35,108 nucleotides of DNA, taken from positions 1-35,108 of the forward strand of contig JBGGMJ010000128.1 of the NCBI GenBank assembly GCA_041288095.1, written 5' to 3'. The DNA is from Myxococcota bacterium (GTDB taxonomy: Bacteria; Myxococcota; XYA12-FULL-58-9; JALHOP01). Positions 1-9,050 of this stretch are shown in pieces; within the stretch, counting starts at the first letter, position 1, and every line of letters starts with the position of its first letter. A program made the translations under genes and the position numbers. The notes beneath the pieces are model-generated. The model had not been told where the DNA came from. It did not search any database and was given only the letters and a program-made list of their open reading frames with translations.

Positions 1-1062
1 GGCATCGCCGAGCCTGCCTACCGCGAGCGGCAACAGCGCGCCGCCGACGATGCCGGTGCAGAGGATGCCGGCGAAGGTCCCGTGGTGGTCGGCGACGGAG
101 TTGAGCGCCAGCGAGAAGACGACCGACCACATGACCGACAAGGCGAAGCCACAGGCGGGAAAGGCGAAGACCGCTATAGAGGTCGTACCGAAGAGCGCCA
201 GGGTAACTGTCACCAGAGCCAGGGCGCCGAAGCCGATGAGCACCTTGCGGCTGTCGAAGAGCTTGAGCAAGACGAGGCCGACCAGACAGCCCGCGGTCAT
301 GGCGCCCCAGAATCCCGCGACCGCGCGCGCTCCCGCGACCTGCGGATCGAGCCCGTGCGCCGAAGCCAAGTACTGCGACATCCAGTTGGCGAGACCTTGC
401 TCGAGGCCGACGTAACTGAAGATGCCCACGAAGTAGAGCCAGACCAGAGGCCGCCGGAGCAGACTCACATGCACGGCGGTGCCGCCGACTCCATCGCCGC
501 GTTCGACATGGGGGAAGCGCACCACCGCGAGCAGCCCGATCATGAGCACGGCGACGGCCGCGAAGAGCCAATAGATCGACACCCACGGCAGCGCCAGTCG
601 GGTCACCATGTGACTGTAGACGAGCGGCGAGATGAAGCTCGCCGACCCAAATACGAGCTGGCCGAGCACCGAGTTGAACGCGAACCGTGCCTCGCCGCCG
701 ACCGCCCGCAGTAGCGGACTGAGTGTCACCTGCAGTCCCGCCATGCCGACACCGGTGAGAAACACCGCGACGATGGCGGTGCGGTAGATCGGCACGAAAC
801 ACACGAGCAATGCGCCCGCGAGGGCAATCGCGCAGGCACCGAGCAGCACGGGTTTTTCGCCGTGCAACTCGACGAGGAGGCCGGCAGGGATCGAGGTCAC
901 CGCGTACGCCGCGAAGAACGAAAACGGCAGCAGCGCCGCCATCGTCAGGCTCAAGTCGAACGCCTGGATGAGATCGGGGATGAGCGGCCCGGTGATGTTG
1001 GTGACGAGGGAGACGAAGAAGAACACCACCAGGATGATGGCGACGTGGAAGCGACTGCCCAC
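1..1062 (-). CDS. MFS sugar transporter, FucP/glucose-galactose transporter-like (3' end runs off the window)
   Basis: Not in the ORF track. Manual translation from GTG at 1062, which overlaps the upstream TAG: MGSRFHVAIILVVFFFVSLVTNITGPLIPDLIQAFDLSLTMAALLPFSFFAAYAVTSIPAGLLVE...YFVGIFSYVGLEQGLANWMSQYL...GILCTGIVGGALLPL. Many TM helices and FucP-type motifs; open to position 1. Confidence 0.88.
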   Translation of the reverse strand, partial: MGSRFHVAIILVVFFFVSLVTNITGPLIPDLIQAFDLSLTMAALLPFSFFAAYAVTSIPAGLLVELHGEKPVLLGACAIALAGALLVCFVPIYRTAIVAVFLTGVGMAGLQVTLSPLLRAVGGEARFAFNSVLGQLVFGSASFISPLVYSHMVTRLALPWVSIYWLFAAVAVLMIGLLAVVRFPHVERGDGVGGTAVHVSLLRRPLVWLYFVGIFSYVGLEQGLANWMSQYLASAHGLDPQVAGARAVAGFWGAMTAGCLVGLVLLKLFDSRKVLIGFGALALVTVTLALFGTTSIAVFAFPACGFALSVMWSVVFSLALNSVADHHGTFAGILCTGIVGGALLPLAVGRLGDA

Positions 1063-2111
1063 TATTGCGGGCGCACGAAGGGGTACGGCGGATCGAACGC
1101 GATCCCGCGCACCCGCAACGTGTCTAGGATGAATTGATAGGCCGCGTGATCCGTCGCGAGCTTCTCGGGTGGCACCACGCCCGCGAACTGCATCTTGCCG
1201 GCGGCGACCCAACGCGCGAAAGCCGCGCAGGCGAGCGCGCTCGTGCGTGCCATAGCGGACATGCCGTCACGGGCGCGATCGACCAAGGTGACGACGTCGT
1301 TGTCGCACTGCACGCGGAAGATCACCATGTCATCGCCCTCGACGCACTTCTCCGAGAGCTCCTTGACCAGCGTGCCGTTGGCGATGAGCGGTTTCACGGC
1401 TTCGACGTGGCCGGGCCAACGCACGGTCCGCTCGGTCATGTTCTTGATTCGCGGCACGCCGACCGGGGGATTCGCCTCGGCGAGCAGGGTACGCAGACCG
1501 TCGGTGAAGAAAGCCTCGACTTCGCCGACGCCGGGGATCTTGATGAGCTCGAGGCCGGAGAGGGCCGGCACCTCGACGACCTTGCCGTCGCGAATGATGC
1601 GTGCCGGGCGCAGGTAGCCGTCGAGCAGATCCTCGGGTGACCAGGTGATGACGTAGCCGTACGGCTTCTTCGGATCGGCCGCGATGCCGCCGACTTGGAT
1701 GTTGATTTCTTTCGGCTTGCGGGTGGCGAGCGCGCGGCCGGCGATGAGGTTCGACAGGCCCGGCGCGACGCCGCAGTCCGGCATGATGGCGACGCCGGCG
1801 GCCTGCGCGGCTTCGTGCAGTTGGGCCGCGTCCTCGATGTAATACGAGACATCGACGTAGTGGCGCTTTGCTTTCACGGCCGCCCGCGCCGCGGCGAATC
1901 CGAGGCGCGCGGGTAGGGCGCCGACCACGACGTCGTACGCATGCATGGTGCCGACCATCTCGTGCGGGCGCGAGAGGTCGCGTTGCATGCTCTGCACGCC
2001 GGGCAGATTCACCGCGGTGACGTCGGCGACGGTGACCTCGTGGTCGTACGCGAGGTCGTTGGCAATGATGCGACCCTGACGACCACCACCGAGTACGAGG
2101 ATTCGTGCCAT
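1062..2111 (-). CDS. Saccharopine dehydrogenase family protein, L-lysine 6-dehydrogenase-like
   Basis: Rossmann GxGxxG (VLGGGRQG); DCGVAPGLSN, YVITWSPEDL, EAFFTDGLRTL and TVRWPGH motifs typical of the LysDH/saccharopine dehydrogenase family. Confidence 0.85.
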   Translation of the reverse strand: MARILVLGGGRQGRIIANDLAYDHEVTVADVTAVNLPGVQSMQRDLSRPHEMVGTMHAYDVVVGALPARLGFAAARAAVKAKRHYVDVSYYIEDAAQLHEAAQAAGVAIMPDCGVAPGLSNLIAGRALATRKPKEINIQVGGIAADPKKPYGYVITWSPEDLLDGYLRPARIIRDGKVVEVPALSGLELIKIPGVGEVEAFFTDGLRTLLAEANPPVGVPRIKNMTERTVRWPGHVEAVKPLIANGTLVKELSEKCVEGDDMVIFRVQCDNDVVTLVDRARDGMSAMARTSALACAAFARWVAAGKMQFAGVVPPEKLATDHAAYQFILDTLRVRGIAFDPPYPFVRPQ

Positions 2112-2152
2112 GGCCGGGTGGTGTAGGTCCGCTCCGGCGACGTGTCAAACGG

Positions 2153-2833
2153 CTACTTTGCGTAACGCTCGAGCTGGTCGTCGACGCGCTTGCTTGCCCC
2201 CGCGTCGCGGGTCCGCAGCCTCGCGATGCGCGCGTCGAGCCCGGCGCGTAGCGGCTCGGTCTCGGGCGGCAGCGGGCCGTCGGTTGCCAACGCATCGAGG
2301 GCGGCGCGGAGCACGCTCTGCGCGAGTAGGCTCTGCTCGTGCCGCGCCAACATCGGCGCCATGCGCGTGAGCTCGGGTGTCGTCTTCATGTCCATGGCGT
2401 CTTCGGCTTGGCTCCGGAAGCCGCTGTTGCGGACGCCGAGGATCGAAAATGTGTACGCTATGGCGGCCGACTCGCTGTTCGGGTCGAGCACGAGCGCCTG
2501 CCGCAGATACGCGATGACCTGCCGCCCCGGCTCCGCTTTGTTCCAGAACAACGTGGTGAAATGCTCGATGAGCAAGCCTTCGCCCTTGGCTGCGAGCACG
2601 TAAGCTTCGGCGCGCTCCGTATTGGGCAACGTCGTGTCGGCTCCCATCTTGTCGAGGTCGGCGATTTGCAGCATCAGCCACTCGGGTGTGACGGTCGCCG
2701 GATGCTCATCGGCCTCTTCGAACGCCTGGCGCGTCGCCGCGAGAGTGGATGGCGGGGTGCTCGGCCGTGGCGGCGCGGCGGTGTGACATCCAAGCATGGC
2801 AAGCAGCCAAACGAATCGATTTGCGCGTCGCAT
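2153..2833 (-). CDS. Hypothetical lipoprotein with a TPR-like helical region
   Basis: Basic N-terminus, hydrophobic stretch and lipobox-like AMLGC; YLRQALVLDPNSESA resembles a TPR helix end. Same strand as the two downstream genes. Confidence 0.6.
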   Translation of the reverse strand: MRRANRFVWLLAMLGCHTAAPPRPSTPPSTLAATRQAFEEADEHPATVTPEWLMLQIADLDKMGADTTLPNTERAEAYVLAAKGEGLLIEHFTTLFWNKAEPGRQVIAYLRQALVLDPNSESAAIAYTFSILGVRNSGFRSQAEDAMDMKTTPELTRMAPMLARHEQSLLAQSVLRAALDALATDGPLPPETEPLRAGLDARIARLRTRDAGASKRVDDQLERYAK

Positions 2834-2874
2834 GACGTTGGTACGATAGAGTCGGCCGCAGGGTGATTGCCATC

Positions 2875-4062
2875 GTGAAGCGTCTCCTCATCGTTCTCGC
2901 GGTTCTCGGCGCCCTGGTTGGCGGCGCCGCCGGCTACATCGCCAGCGTTCCAGCGTTCGGCAAGCACGCCACGGGAGAGCGCCAGCGACGCATCGAAGAG
3001 TCGCCACAGTGGCGGGACGGCAAGTTCCGCACCGAGGAGCCGATGTGGTCGAATCTCTGGGGGTCGCTGCGCCGTGGCCTCGCGCCGTCACCCACGAGCG
3101 CACCGTCCGTCGATGTGCCACGGGTTCAAAGCCGCGGCGAGCTGCTTCAGGTCTTGCCTACGAGTGGCTTGCGCATCACCTGGTTTGGTCATTCGTCGAC
3201 GCTCATCGAGATCGACGAGGTGCGCGTGCTCACCGATCCCATCTGGAGCGAGCGTGCGTCGCCGGTCGATTGGGCCGGCCCCACACGTTGGTACGAACCG
3301 GTTCTACCGCTCGCGGATCTGCCGAAGCTCGACGCGGTCGTGGTGTCGCACGATCATTATGACCACCTCGACATGGGCAGCGTGTCCGCTTTGGCGGCCA
3401 ACAAAACGCGCTTCATCGTGCCTCTCGGCATCGGCGCGCACCTCGCGCATTGGGGTGTCCCCGACGCGCAGATCACCGAGCTCGACTGGTGGCAGCACAC
3501 GCGCGTCGGCCCGGTCGACGTCACCGCGACGCCGGCACGGCACGCATCCGGACGTATCAACCCGCAGGCCAATCAGACGCTGTTCGCGGGCTACGCCCTC
3601 GTCGGACCCAAACACCGCGTCTACTTCTCCGGCGACACCGGCTTTTTCTCGGCGCTAGGCACCATCGGCAAGGAGCTCGGGCCGTTCGACGTCACGCTCA
3701 TCGAATCGGGGCAATACAACGCCACCTGGCCCGACTGGCACATTGGCCCGGAGCAGGCCGTCGAGGCCCACCGTGTCGTGCGCGGCAAGGTGCTCATTCC
3801 CATTCACTGGGGCTTGTTCACCTTGGCCCCGCATGGATGGACCGAGCCGGTGGAGCGCGTGCTCGCCGCCGCCAAGTGCACGGGCGCGACAGTGATGACC
3901 CCACGCCCTGGCGAGAGCGTCGAGCCGGAAACCCAAAGCGCAAGCACGCGCTGGTGGCCCGACGTGCCCTGGGAGTCCGGGACCCAGGCGGCCATCATCG
4001 CCACACGTGACGGAACTACAGGGAATCGTTTCACTCTTCCGCCTTGCCCGACGGAGAATTGA
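2875..4062 (+). CDS. MBL-fold metallo-hydrolase (NAPE-PLD/RomA-like), N-terminally anchored
   Basis: ITWFGHSS, LTDPIWS, SHDHYDHLD (HxHxDH), PARH, YFSGDTG, IPIHWGLF; N-terminal signal/TM segment. Alternative start at 2863. Confidence 0.88.
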   Translation: MKRLLIVLAVLGALVGGAAGYIASVPAFGKHATGERQRRIEESPQWRDGKFRTEEPMWSNLWGSLRRGLAPSPTSAPSVDVPRVQSRGELLQVLPTSGLRITWFGHSSTLIEIDEVRVLTDPIWSERASPVDWAGPTRWYEPVLPLADLPKLDAVVVSHDHYDHLDMGSVSALAANKTRFIVPLGIGAHLAHWGVPDAQITELDWWQHTRVGPVDVTATPARHASGRINPQANQTLFAGYALVGPKHRVYFSGDTGFFSALGTIGKELGPFDVTLIESGQYNATWPDWHIGPEQAVEAHRVVRGKVLIPIHWGLFTLAPHGWTEPVERVLAAAKCTGATVMTPRPGESVEPETQSASTRWWPDVPWESGTQAAIIATRDGTTGNRFTLPPCPTEN

Positions 4063-4079
4063 GACCCACTCTGCGCGTC

Positions 4080-5024
4080 ATGGATACGCGCAAGATTGGC
4101 AAGCTGGACGTCTCCGTCATCGGACTCGGCTGCAACAACTTCGGTTGGCGGATCGACGAGGCGCAGACCCGCGAGGTCGTGCACGCGGCCTTGGACGCCG
4201 GCATCAACTTCTTCGACACCGCCGACACCTACGGTCAGACCAAGAGCGAAGAGCTGCTCGGCATGGCCCTCGCGGGCAAACGCAACCAGGCGATCATCGC
4301 CACCAAGTTCGGGATGCAGGTGACTCTGGAGAAGCGCGGCGCGAAACCCGAGTACATCCGTCAGGCGGTTGAGGACAGTCTACGGCGCCTGAAGGTCGAG
4401 ACCATCGACCTCTACCAACTCCACACTCCGGATCCCGAGACACCGATCGACGACACCATGGAGGCGCTGGGGCGCTTGGTGGAAGCGGGCAAGGTGCGGG
4501 AGATCGGGTGCTCGAACTTCGATGTGCCGCGCTTGCAGTCCGCTAGAGCGTCTGTACGCGAAGGCGGACCAGTGTTCGTGAGTGTGCAGAACGAGTACAG
4601 CATGATGCGCCGCGATCCTGAAGCCGGGGTTCTCGAGGAGTGCCGCCGGCAAGGGGCTCGGTTCCTGCCATACTTCCCACTCGCCTCTGGCGTCCTGTCC
4701 GGCAAGTATTCGCGCGGCAAGCACCCAGCGGGCACGCGCGTCGAGAAGGGCGGGCGCTACGACCGCTACCTCACGCCTCAGAGCTACGACTTGATCGACC
4801 GCGCCGGCTCATGGGCCGCCGATCACAAGCACAGTTTGCTCGACCTCGCCTTTGCCTGGCTGCTCGGGCACGAAGAGGTCGCGTCGGTGATCGCCGGTGC
4901 CACGACCGTCGAGCAAGTGAAGGCGAACGGCCGGGCGGGCATGTGGAGACTGACGCTCGAGGAGCACCGCGAAGTCGACATGATGCTGGACGACCTGGGC
5001 TTTCGCGCTCCACGACCGGCGTAA
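4080..5024 (+). CDS. Aldo/keto reductase
   Basis: VSVIGLGCNNFG, FFDTADTYG, IATKFG, SLRRLKVETIDLYQLH, IGCSN, QNEYS, PYFPLASG. ATG at 4080. Confidence 0.93.
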   Translation: MDTRKIGKLDVSVIGLGCNNFGWRIDEAQTREVVHAALDAGINFFDTADTYGQTKSEELLGMALAGKRNQAIIATKFGMQVTLEKRGAKPEYIRQAVEDSLRRLKVETIDLYQLHTPDPETPIDDTMEALGRLVEAGKVREIGCSNFDVPRLQSARASVREGGPVFVSVQNEYSMMRRDPEAGVLEECRRQGARFLPYFPLASGVLSGKYSRGKHPAGTRVEKGGRYDRYLTPQSYDLIDRAGSWAADHKHSLLDLAFAWLLGHEEVASVIAGATTVEQVKANGRAGMWRLTLEEHREVDMMLDDLGFRAPRPA

Positions 5025-5277
5025 GATGAGCGCGAGCTCACTGAAGACATCGACAGACCGGGACCATGACGTCCGTTTTTGCGCGCTCCGCTTTTGCCGA
5101 CCGTAGTTCGCGCCCAGGTCGCCACATGACGGCCTATCGCCTCACGTCGCAACGGGATGGGGTCTTGTACTCAGCTCAAATTGTTGGGTCTGCGCCGCCA
5201 GCGAGCGATGGGTCTTCATGGCGCGTATCGTGCACCTTCCCTCCCGCTTCCCTCCCGCACACAGATCCGGAGCTCCA

Positions 5278-7542
5278 ATGACCAGCTCGAACGAAGGGGA
5301 CCCAGCGGGCGATCTGTTCCACGCCTTCTTCGATAGCGCTCCCATCGGCGCGGCGGTGATCGCTTCCGATGGCTCCTGGTGCCGGGTCAATGCCGCACTG
5401 GCCTCGATGCTCGGGTATTCGGTTGATGAGTTGATGACCAAGCCGTTCTTTGATCTCACCCATCCCGCCGATCTCCGAGCAACTGCCGAGAAGCGATTGC
5501 GGGCCAGAGACGGCAACTACGTTTGGGTCCACACCACGGCCATGCACGAGCGCGACACCGACGGCGGTGGTGATCACTTCATGACCTACGTGCTCGATAT
5601 CGCGGCGCGCAAGGACGCCGACGCTGAGCTTCGCAGATCCGAGCTCCAGTATCGTCGCCTCTTCGAGTCCGCAAAAGACGGCATCTTGATTCTCGACGCC
5701 GAGACTGGGCGCGTCGTCGATGCCAATCCGTTCATGACCGAGCTGACGGGCTACAGGCGTGATGATCTCTTGGGAAAGCTTCTTTGGGAGATCGGCCCGT
5801 TCGCCGACGAGGCAGCATCCAAGTTCTCGTTCGCGGCGCTGAAAGACCGAGGGTATGTCCGCTATGACGATCTGCCGCTGAAGACCATTGACGGGCGCAA
5901 GGTCGAAGTCGAGTTCGTCAGCAACGTCTACCTCGTCAACGACGAGAAGGTCATCCAATGTAACGTTCGAGACATCACCGCGCGCAAGAAGGCCGAGGCC
6001 GCGCTGCGCATGCGCGACCGCGCCATCGAAGCGGTGTCGCAGGGCATCCTCATCACCGACACCGGCGCGTCGGACAACCCCATCGTCTACGCAAGTCCAG
6101 GCTTCACGGCGCTGACCGGCTATACGAACGAGGAGAGTCTCGGGCGCAACTGCCGCTTCCTGCAAGGCCCGGGCACCGATCCCGGGTCAGTCGCGCTGCT
6201 GCGTGGGGCCATTCAAGAAGGGCGAGCCTGCGCGGTCGAGTTGCTCAACTTCCGCAAAGACGGAACACCGTTCTGGAATAGCGTTGCTCTCTCGCCGGTG
6301 AAAGACGACGGCGGTCACGTCACCCACTTCATCGGTGTGCAGACGGATGTGACGGCACGCCGGCAATTGGAGTCGCAGGTCCTCCAAGCCCAGAAGATGG
6401 AAGCCGTAGGACGCCTGGCGGGCGGCATCGCCCACGACTTCAACAACATCTTGGCGGTGATCCTCAACTATGCCGAGCTCATCTGCGCCGACCCCAAGGC
6501 CGGCGAACCGTTCCGCACCGACGTCGAAGAGATCCGGACTGCGGCGCGGCGCGCAACCGGCCTCACGAAGCAGCTGCTCGCGTTCAGCAGGCAACAAGTG
6601 CTCGAAACCAAGGTTCTCAGCTGCAACGAGATTCTCTTGGGGATGCAGAAGCTGCTCGCCCGCCTGCTTGGCGCCGACGTCGAGCTGACGATGCTGCCGA
6701 GCGACAACCTGGGCAATGTCAAAGCCGACCCGAGTCAGGTCGAGCAGATCATCATGAACCTCGCCATCAATGCGCGAGACGCCATGCCCCAGGGCGGCAA
6801 GCTCACCATCGAGACAGGCAACGTCGAGCTCGATGACGACTACGCCGATGTCCACCATGACGTACGCCCCGGCTCGTATGTCCTCATGGCCGTGAGTGAC
6901 ACCGGAGTTGGAATGAACAAAGAGACCCAGGCACGGATCTTCGATCCCTTTTTCACCACCAAGGAGCAGGGAAAGGGTACCGGGCTCGGTCTCGCCACCG
7001 TGTTCGGGATCGTCAAGCAGAGCGGCGGTCACGTCTTCGTCTACAGCGAGCCTGGCAAAGGCAGCACCTTCAAGGTCTACCTGCCGAGAGTTGGCGCACC
7101 GCTCGATGTTCGTCCTGCTGAGGAGCCCCAATCAGAAGAGTCCGTGTGCACCGGCGGTACGATCTTGCTGGTCGAGGACGAAGAACAAGTGCGCACTCTC
7201 ACCGGAACCATTCTGCGCCGGCAGGGCTACGTCGTCCTCGAGGCACCGAACGGTGGCGAAGCATTTCTCATCTCCGAGCAACACGGAGGGAAAATAGACC
7301 TGTTGCTCACGGACGTCGTGCTTCCGCGCATGAGCGGCAGGCAACTCGCCGAGCGTCTCGCGCCCGTGCGCCCCACCATGAGGGTGCTTTACATGTCCGG
7401 GTACACGGACGACGCGATTCTCCAGCACGGCATCATCGACTCCGGCTACCCATTCCTACAGAAGCCGTTCACCCCGAGCTCACTCGCGAAAAAGGTGAAG
7501 TACGTGCTGAACCGTGCTTCTAGTGCGCCGCGGCTTGGCTGA
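5278..7542 (+). CDS. Hybrid sensor histidine kinase/response regulator: PAS-PAS-LOV-HisKA-HATPase-REC
   Basis: LOV motif GRNCRFLQG (6142-6168); H-box [38 protein letters not shown]-terminal receiver ([20 protein letters not shown]). GGAG precedes ATG 5278; alternative start 5218. Confidence 0.93.
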   Translation: MTSSNEGDPAGDLFHAFFDSAPIGAAVIASDGSWCRVNAALASMLGYSVDELMTKPFFDLTHPADLRATAEKRLRARDGNYVWVHTTAMHERDTDGGGDHFMTYVLDIAARKDADAELRRSELQYRRLFESAKDGILILDAETGRVVDANPFMTELTGYRRDDLLGKLLWEIGPFADEAASKFSFAALKDRGYVRYDDLPLKTIDGRKVEVEFVSNVYLVNDEKVIQCNVRDITARKKAEAALRMRDRAIEAVSQGILITDTGASDNPIVYASPGFTALTGYTNEESLGRNCRFLQGPGTDPGSVALLRGAIQEGRACAVELLNFRKDGTPFWNSVALSPVKDDGGHVTHFIGVQTDVTARRQLESQVLQAQKMEAVGRLAGGIAHDFNNILAVILNYAELICADPKAGEPFRTDVEEIRTAARRATGLTKQLLAFSRQQVLETKVLSCNEILLGMQKLLARLLGADVELTMLPSDNLGNVKADPSQVEQIIMNLAINARDAMPQGGKLTIETGNVELDDDYADVHHDVRPGSYVLMAVSDTGVGMNKETQARIFDPFFTTKEQGKGTGLGLATVFGIVKQSGGHVFVYSEPGKGSTFKVYLPRVGAPLDVRPAEEPQSEESVCTGGTILLVEDEEQVRTLTGTILRRQGYVVLEAPNGGEAFLISEQHGGKIDLLLTDVVLPRMSGRQLAERLAPVRPTMRVLYMSGYTDDAILQHGIIDSGYPFLQKPFTPSSLAKKVKYVLNRASSAPRLG

Positions 7543-8209
7543 AGCCTTCATCACCGCGGATCATCGTCGACGGCGTCGCGTCTTCGCGCAGGAAGGCCGA
7601 CACCAACGTGACCAGCGCCTCGGCCTGGACGGTGTCGTGCACATTGAAGTGCGTGACGTCGAAGGTCATGACCGGGATGCCGTGTTTGGTCTTCAAGACC
7701 TGCGGTAGGGCGGCGTAGTAGCCGTTGAGCCCCTGGAGGAACTCGGCCTGCATGGCGCGCTCTTCGCGGCGGCCGCGGGTGTGGATGCGGCGCATGAGCA
7801 CGTCGAGGTCGTGGCACTGCAGGTAGATGACCTTGCTGGGCTGCTGGATATGGCGATTCAGGCGCTCGAAGTATTCGAGGTAGAGCTGCAGCTCGCTGTC
7901 GGTCATGTGGCCGAGGCCATGGAGATATTTGGCGAAGATCTCGGGATCCTCGAGCAAGGTGCGGTCCTGGATGCAGCTCTTGGGGAGGCGCTCGATGATC
8001 TCGTGGTGGGCCACGCGCTTGATCAGGAACTCGAGCTGAAGCGTGAACGACCAGCGCCGCATGTCACCGTAATATGGAGCCAAAAAGCGATTGTCGATGA
8101 CCGGCTCGTCGAACAGCTCGAAGCCCAAGCGTTGGCTCAAGAGCTTGGCCACCGTGGTCTTCCCGGATCCGATGTTGCCTGCCAGTGCGACGAAGGTGCG
8201 GTCGTTCAT
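7520..8209 (-). CDS. Deoxynucleoside kinase
   Basis: P-loop GNIGSGKTT, EP, YYGDMRRWSFTLQ, IQDRTLLED, RIHTRGR lid. 3' end overlaps the kinase gene convergently by 23 bp. Confidence 0.92.
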   Translation of the reverse strand: MNDRTFVALAGNIGSGKTTVAKLLSQRLGFELFDEPVIDNRFLAPYYGDMRRWSFTLQLEFLIKRVAHHEIIERLPKSCIQDRTLLEDPEIFAKYLHGLGHMTDSELQLYLEYFERLNRHIQQPSKVIYLQCHDLDVLMRRIHTRGRREERAMQAEFLQGLNGYYAALPQVLKTKHGIPVMTFDVTHFNVHDTVQAEALVTLVSAFLREDATPSTMIRGDEGFSQAAAH

Positions 8210-8271
8210 GGCCCCACCTTAGCGGCAGGGGCTGACGATTTTGTCCGGCGGTGGCATATGGCCAACCGGTG

Positions 8272-8985
8272 ATGCTCTCCGAAGCGGCCAAGAAGCTGGT
8301 GATCGCGGACAAGCGCCTGAAGGTCCTGGCGCAAGGCTCGCCGGATACCCTCGTGGTCCACGAGATCTACGCCAGCGTTCAGGGCGAATCGACGCACGCG
8401 GGTTTGCCGTGCGCCTTCGTGCGCACCAGCGCCTGCAATCTACGCTGCCGTTATTGCGACACGCCACACGCCTTCGTCGAGGGTGGTGCGATGACCTTGG
8501 ACGCGGTGATGCAGCGCATTGACGAGCTCGGCATCAAGCTCGTCGAGCTCACCGGTGGCGAGCCCTTGCTCCAGGCGGCGAGCTTCACGCTGATGAAGCG
8601 CTTGTGCGACGCCGGCTATACCGTGCTCCTCGAGACCAGCGGCTCGGTCGATATCCGCGACGTCGATCCGCGCGTGCACCGCATCGTCGACTTCAAGACG
8701 CCTTACAGCGGCGAGGAAGAGCACAACCTCTACGACCTCATCGACGCGCTACGCCCGCACGACGAAGTAAAGCTCGTGCTCGCCGACCGCAACGACTACG
8801 AGTGGGCTCGCGCTCTCATCCGCGATAACGGAATCGACCAACAATGCCCGGTGCTCGTCGGCTGCGTCTTCGGCAAGCTCGATCCGAAGGACCTGGTCGC
8901 GTGGATCCTCGAGGACAAGTTGCCCGTGCGCATGCAGATCCAGATGCACAAGGTCATCTGGGATCCCGCCAAGCGGGGGGTTTGA
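8272..8985 (+). CDS. queE: 7-carboxy-7-deazaguanine synthase (radical SAM)
   Basis: EIYASVQGES, FVRTSACNLRCRYCDT (CxxxCxxC), ELTGGEPLLQ, LETSGS, C-terminal QMHKVIW. Alternative start 8251. Confidence 0.9.
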   Translation: MLSEAAKKLVIADKRLKVLAQGSPDTLVVHEIYASVQGESTHAGLPCAFVRTSACNLRCRYCDTPHAFVEGGAMTLDAVMQRIDELGIKLVELTGGEPLLQAASFTLMKRLCDAGYTVLLETSGSVDIRDVDPRVHRIVDFKTPYSGEEEHNLYDLIDALRPHDEVKLVLADRNDYEWARALIRDNGIDQQCPVLVGCVFGKLDPKDLVAWILEDKLPVRMQIQMHKVIWDPAKRGV

Positions 8986-9050
8986 GCGTCCGCCCTAGGC
9001 CGCCGACTGGCGCTTGTGCACCTCAAATTGGCTTGGTATTTGGCGGCCAT

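Noticed and set aside
50..1137. Plus-strand ORFs 50-415, 82-714 and 862-1137
   Set aside because: Antisense shadows of the minus-strand MFS gene.
8210..8985. preQ1 riboswitch or a dpd-type 7-deazaguanine DNA modification cluster around queE
   Set aside because: The leader is very short with no preQ1 motif; no dpdA/tgt, queC, queD or folE nearby.
8844..9050. N-terminal extension of Lat
   Set aside because: It overlaps queE; LAT similarity starts at ATG 9051.
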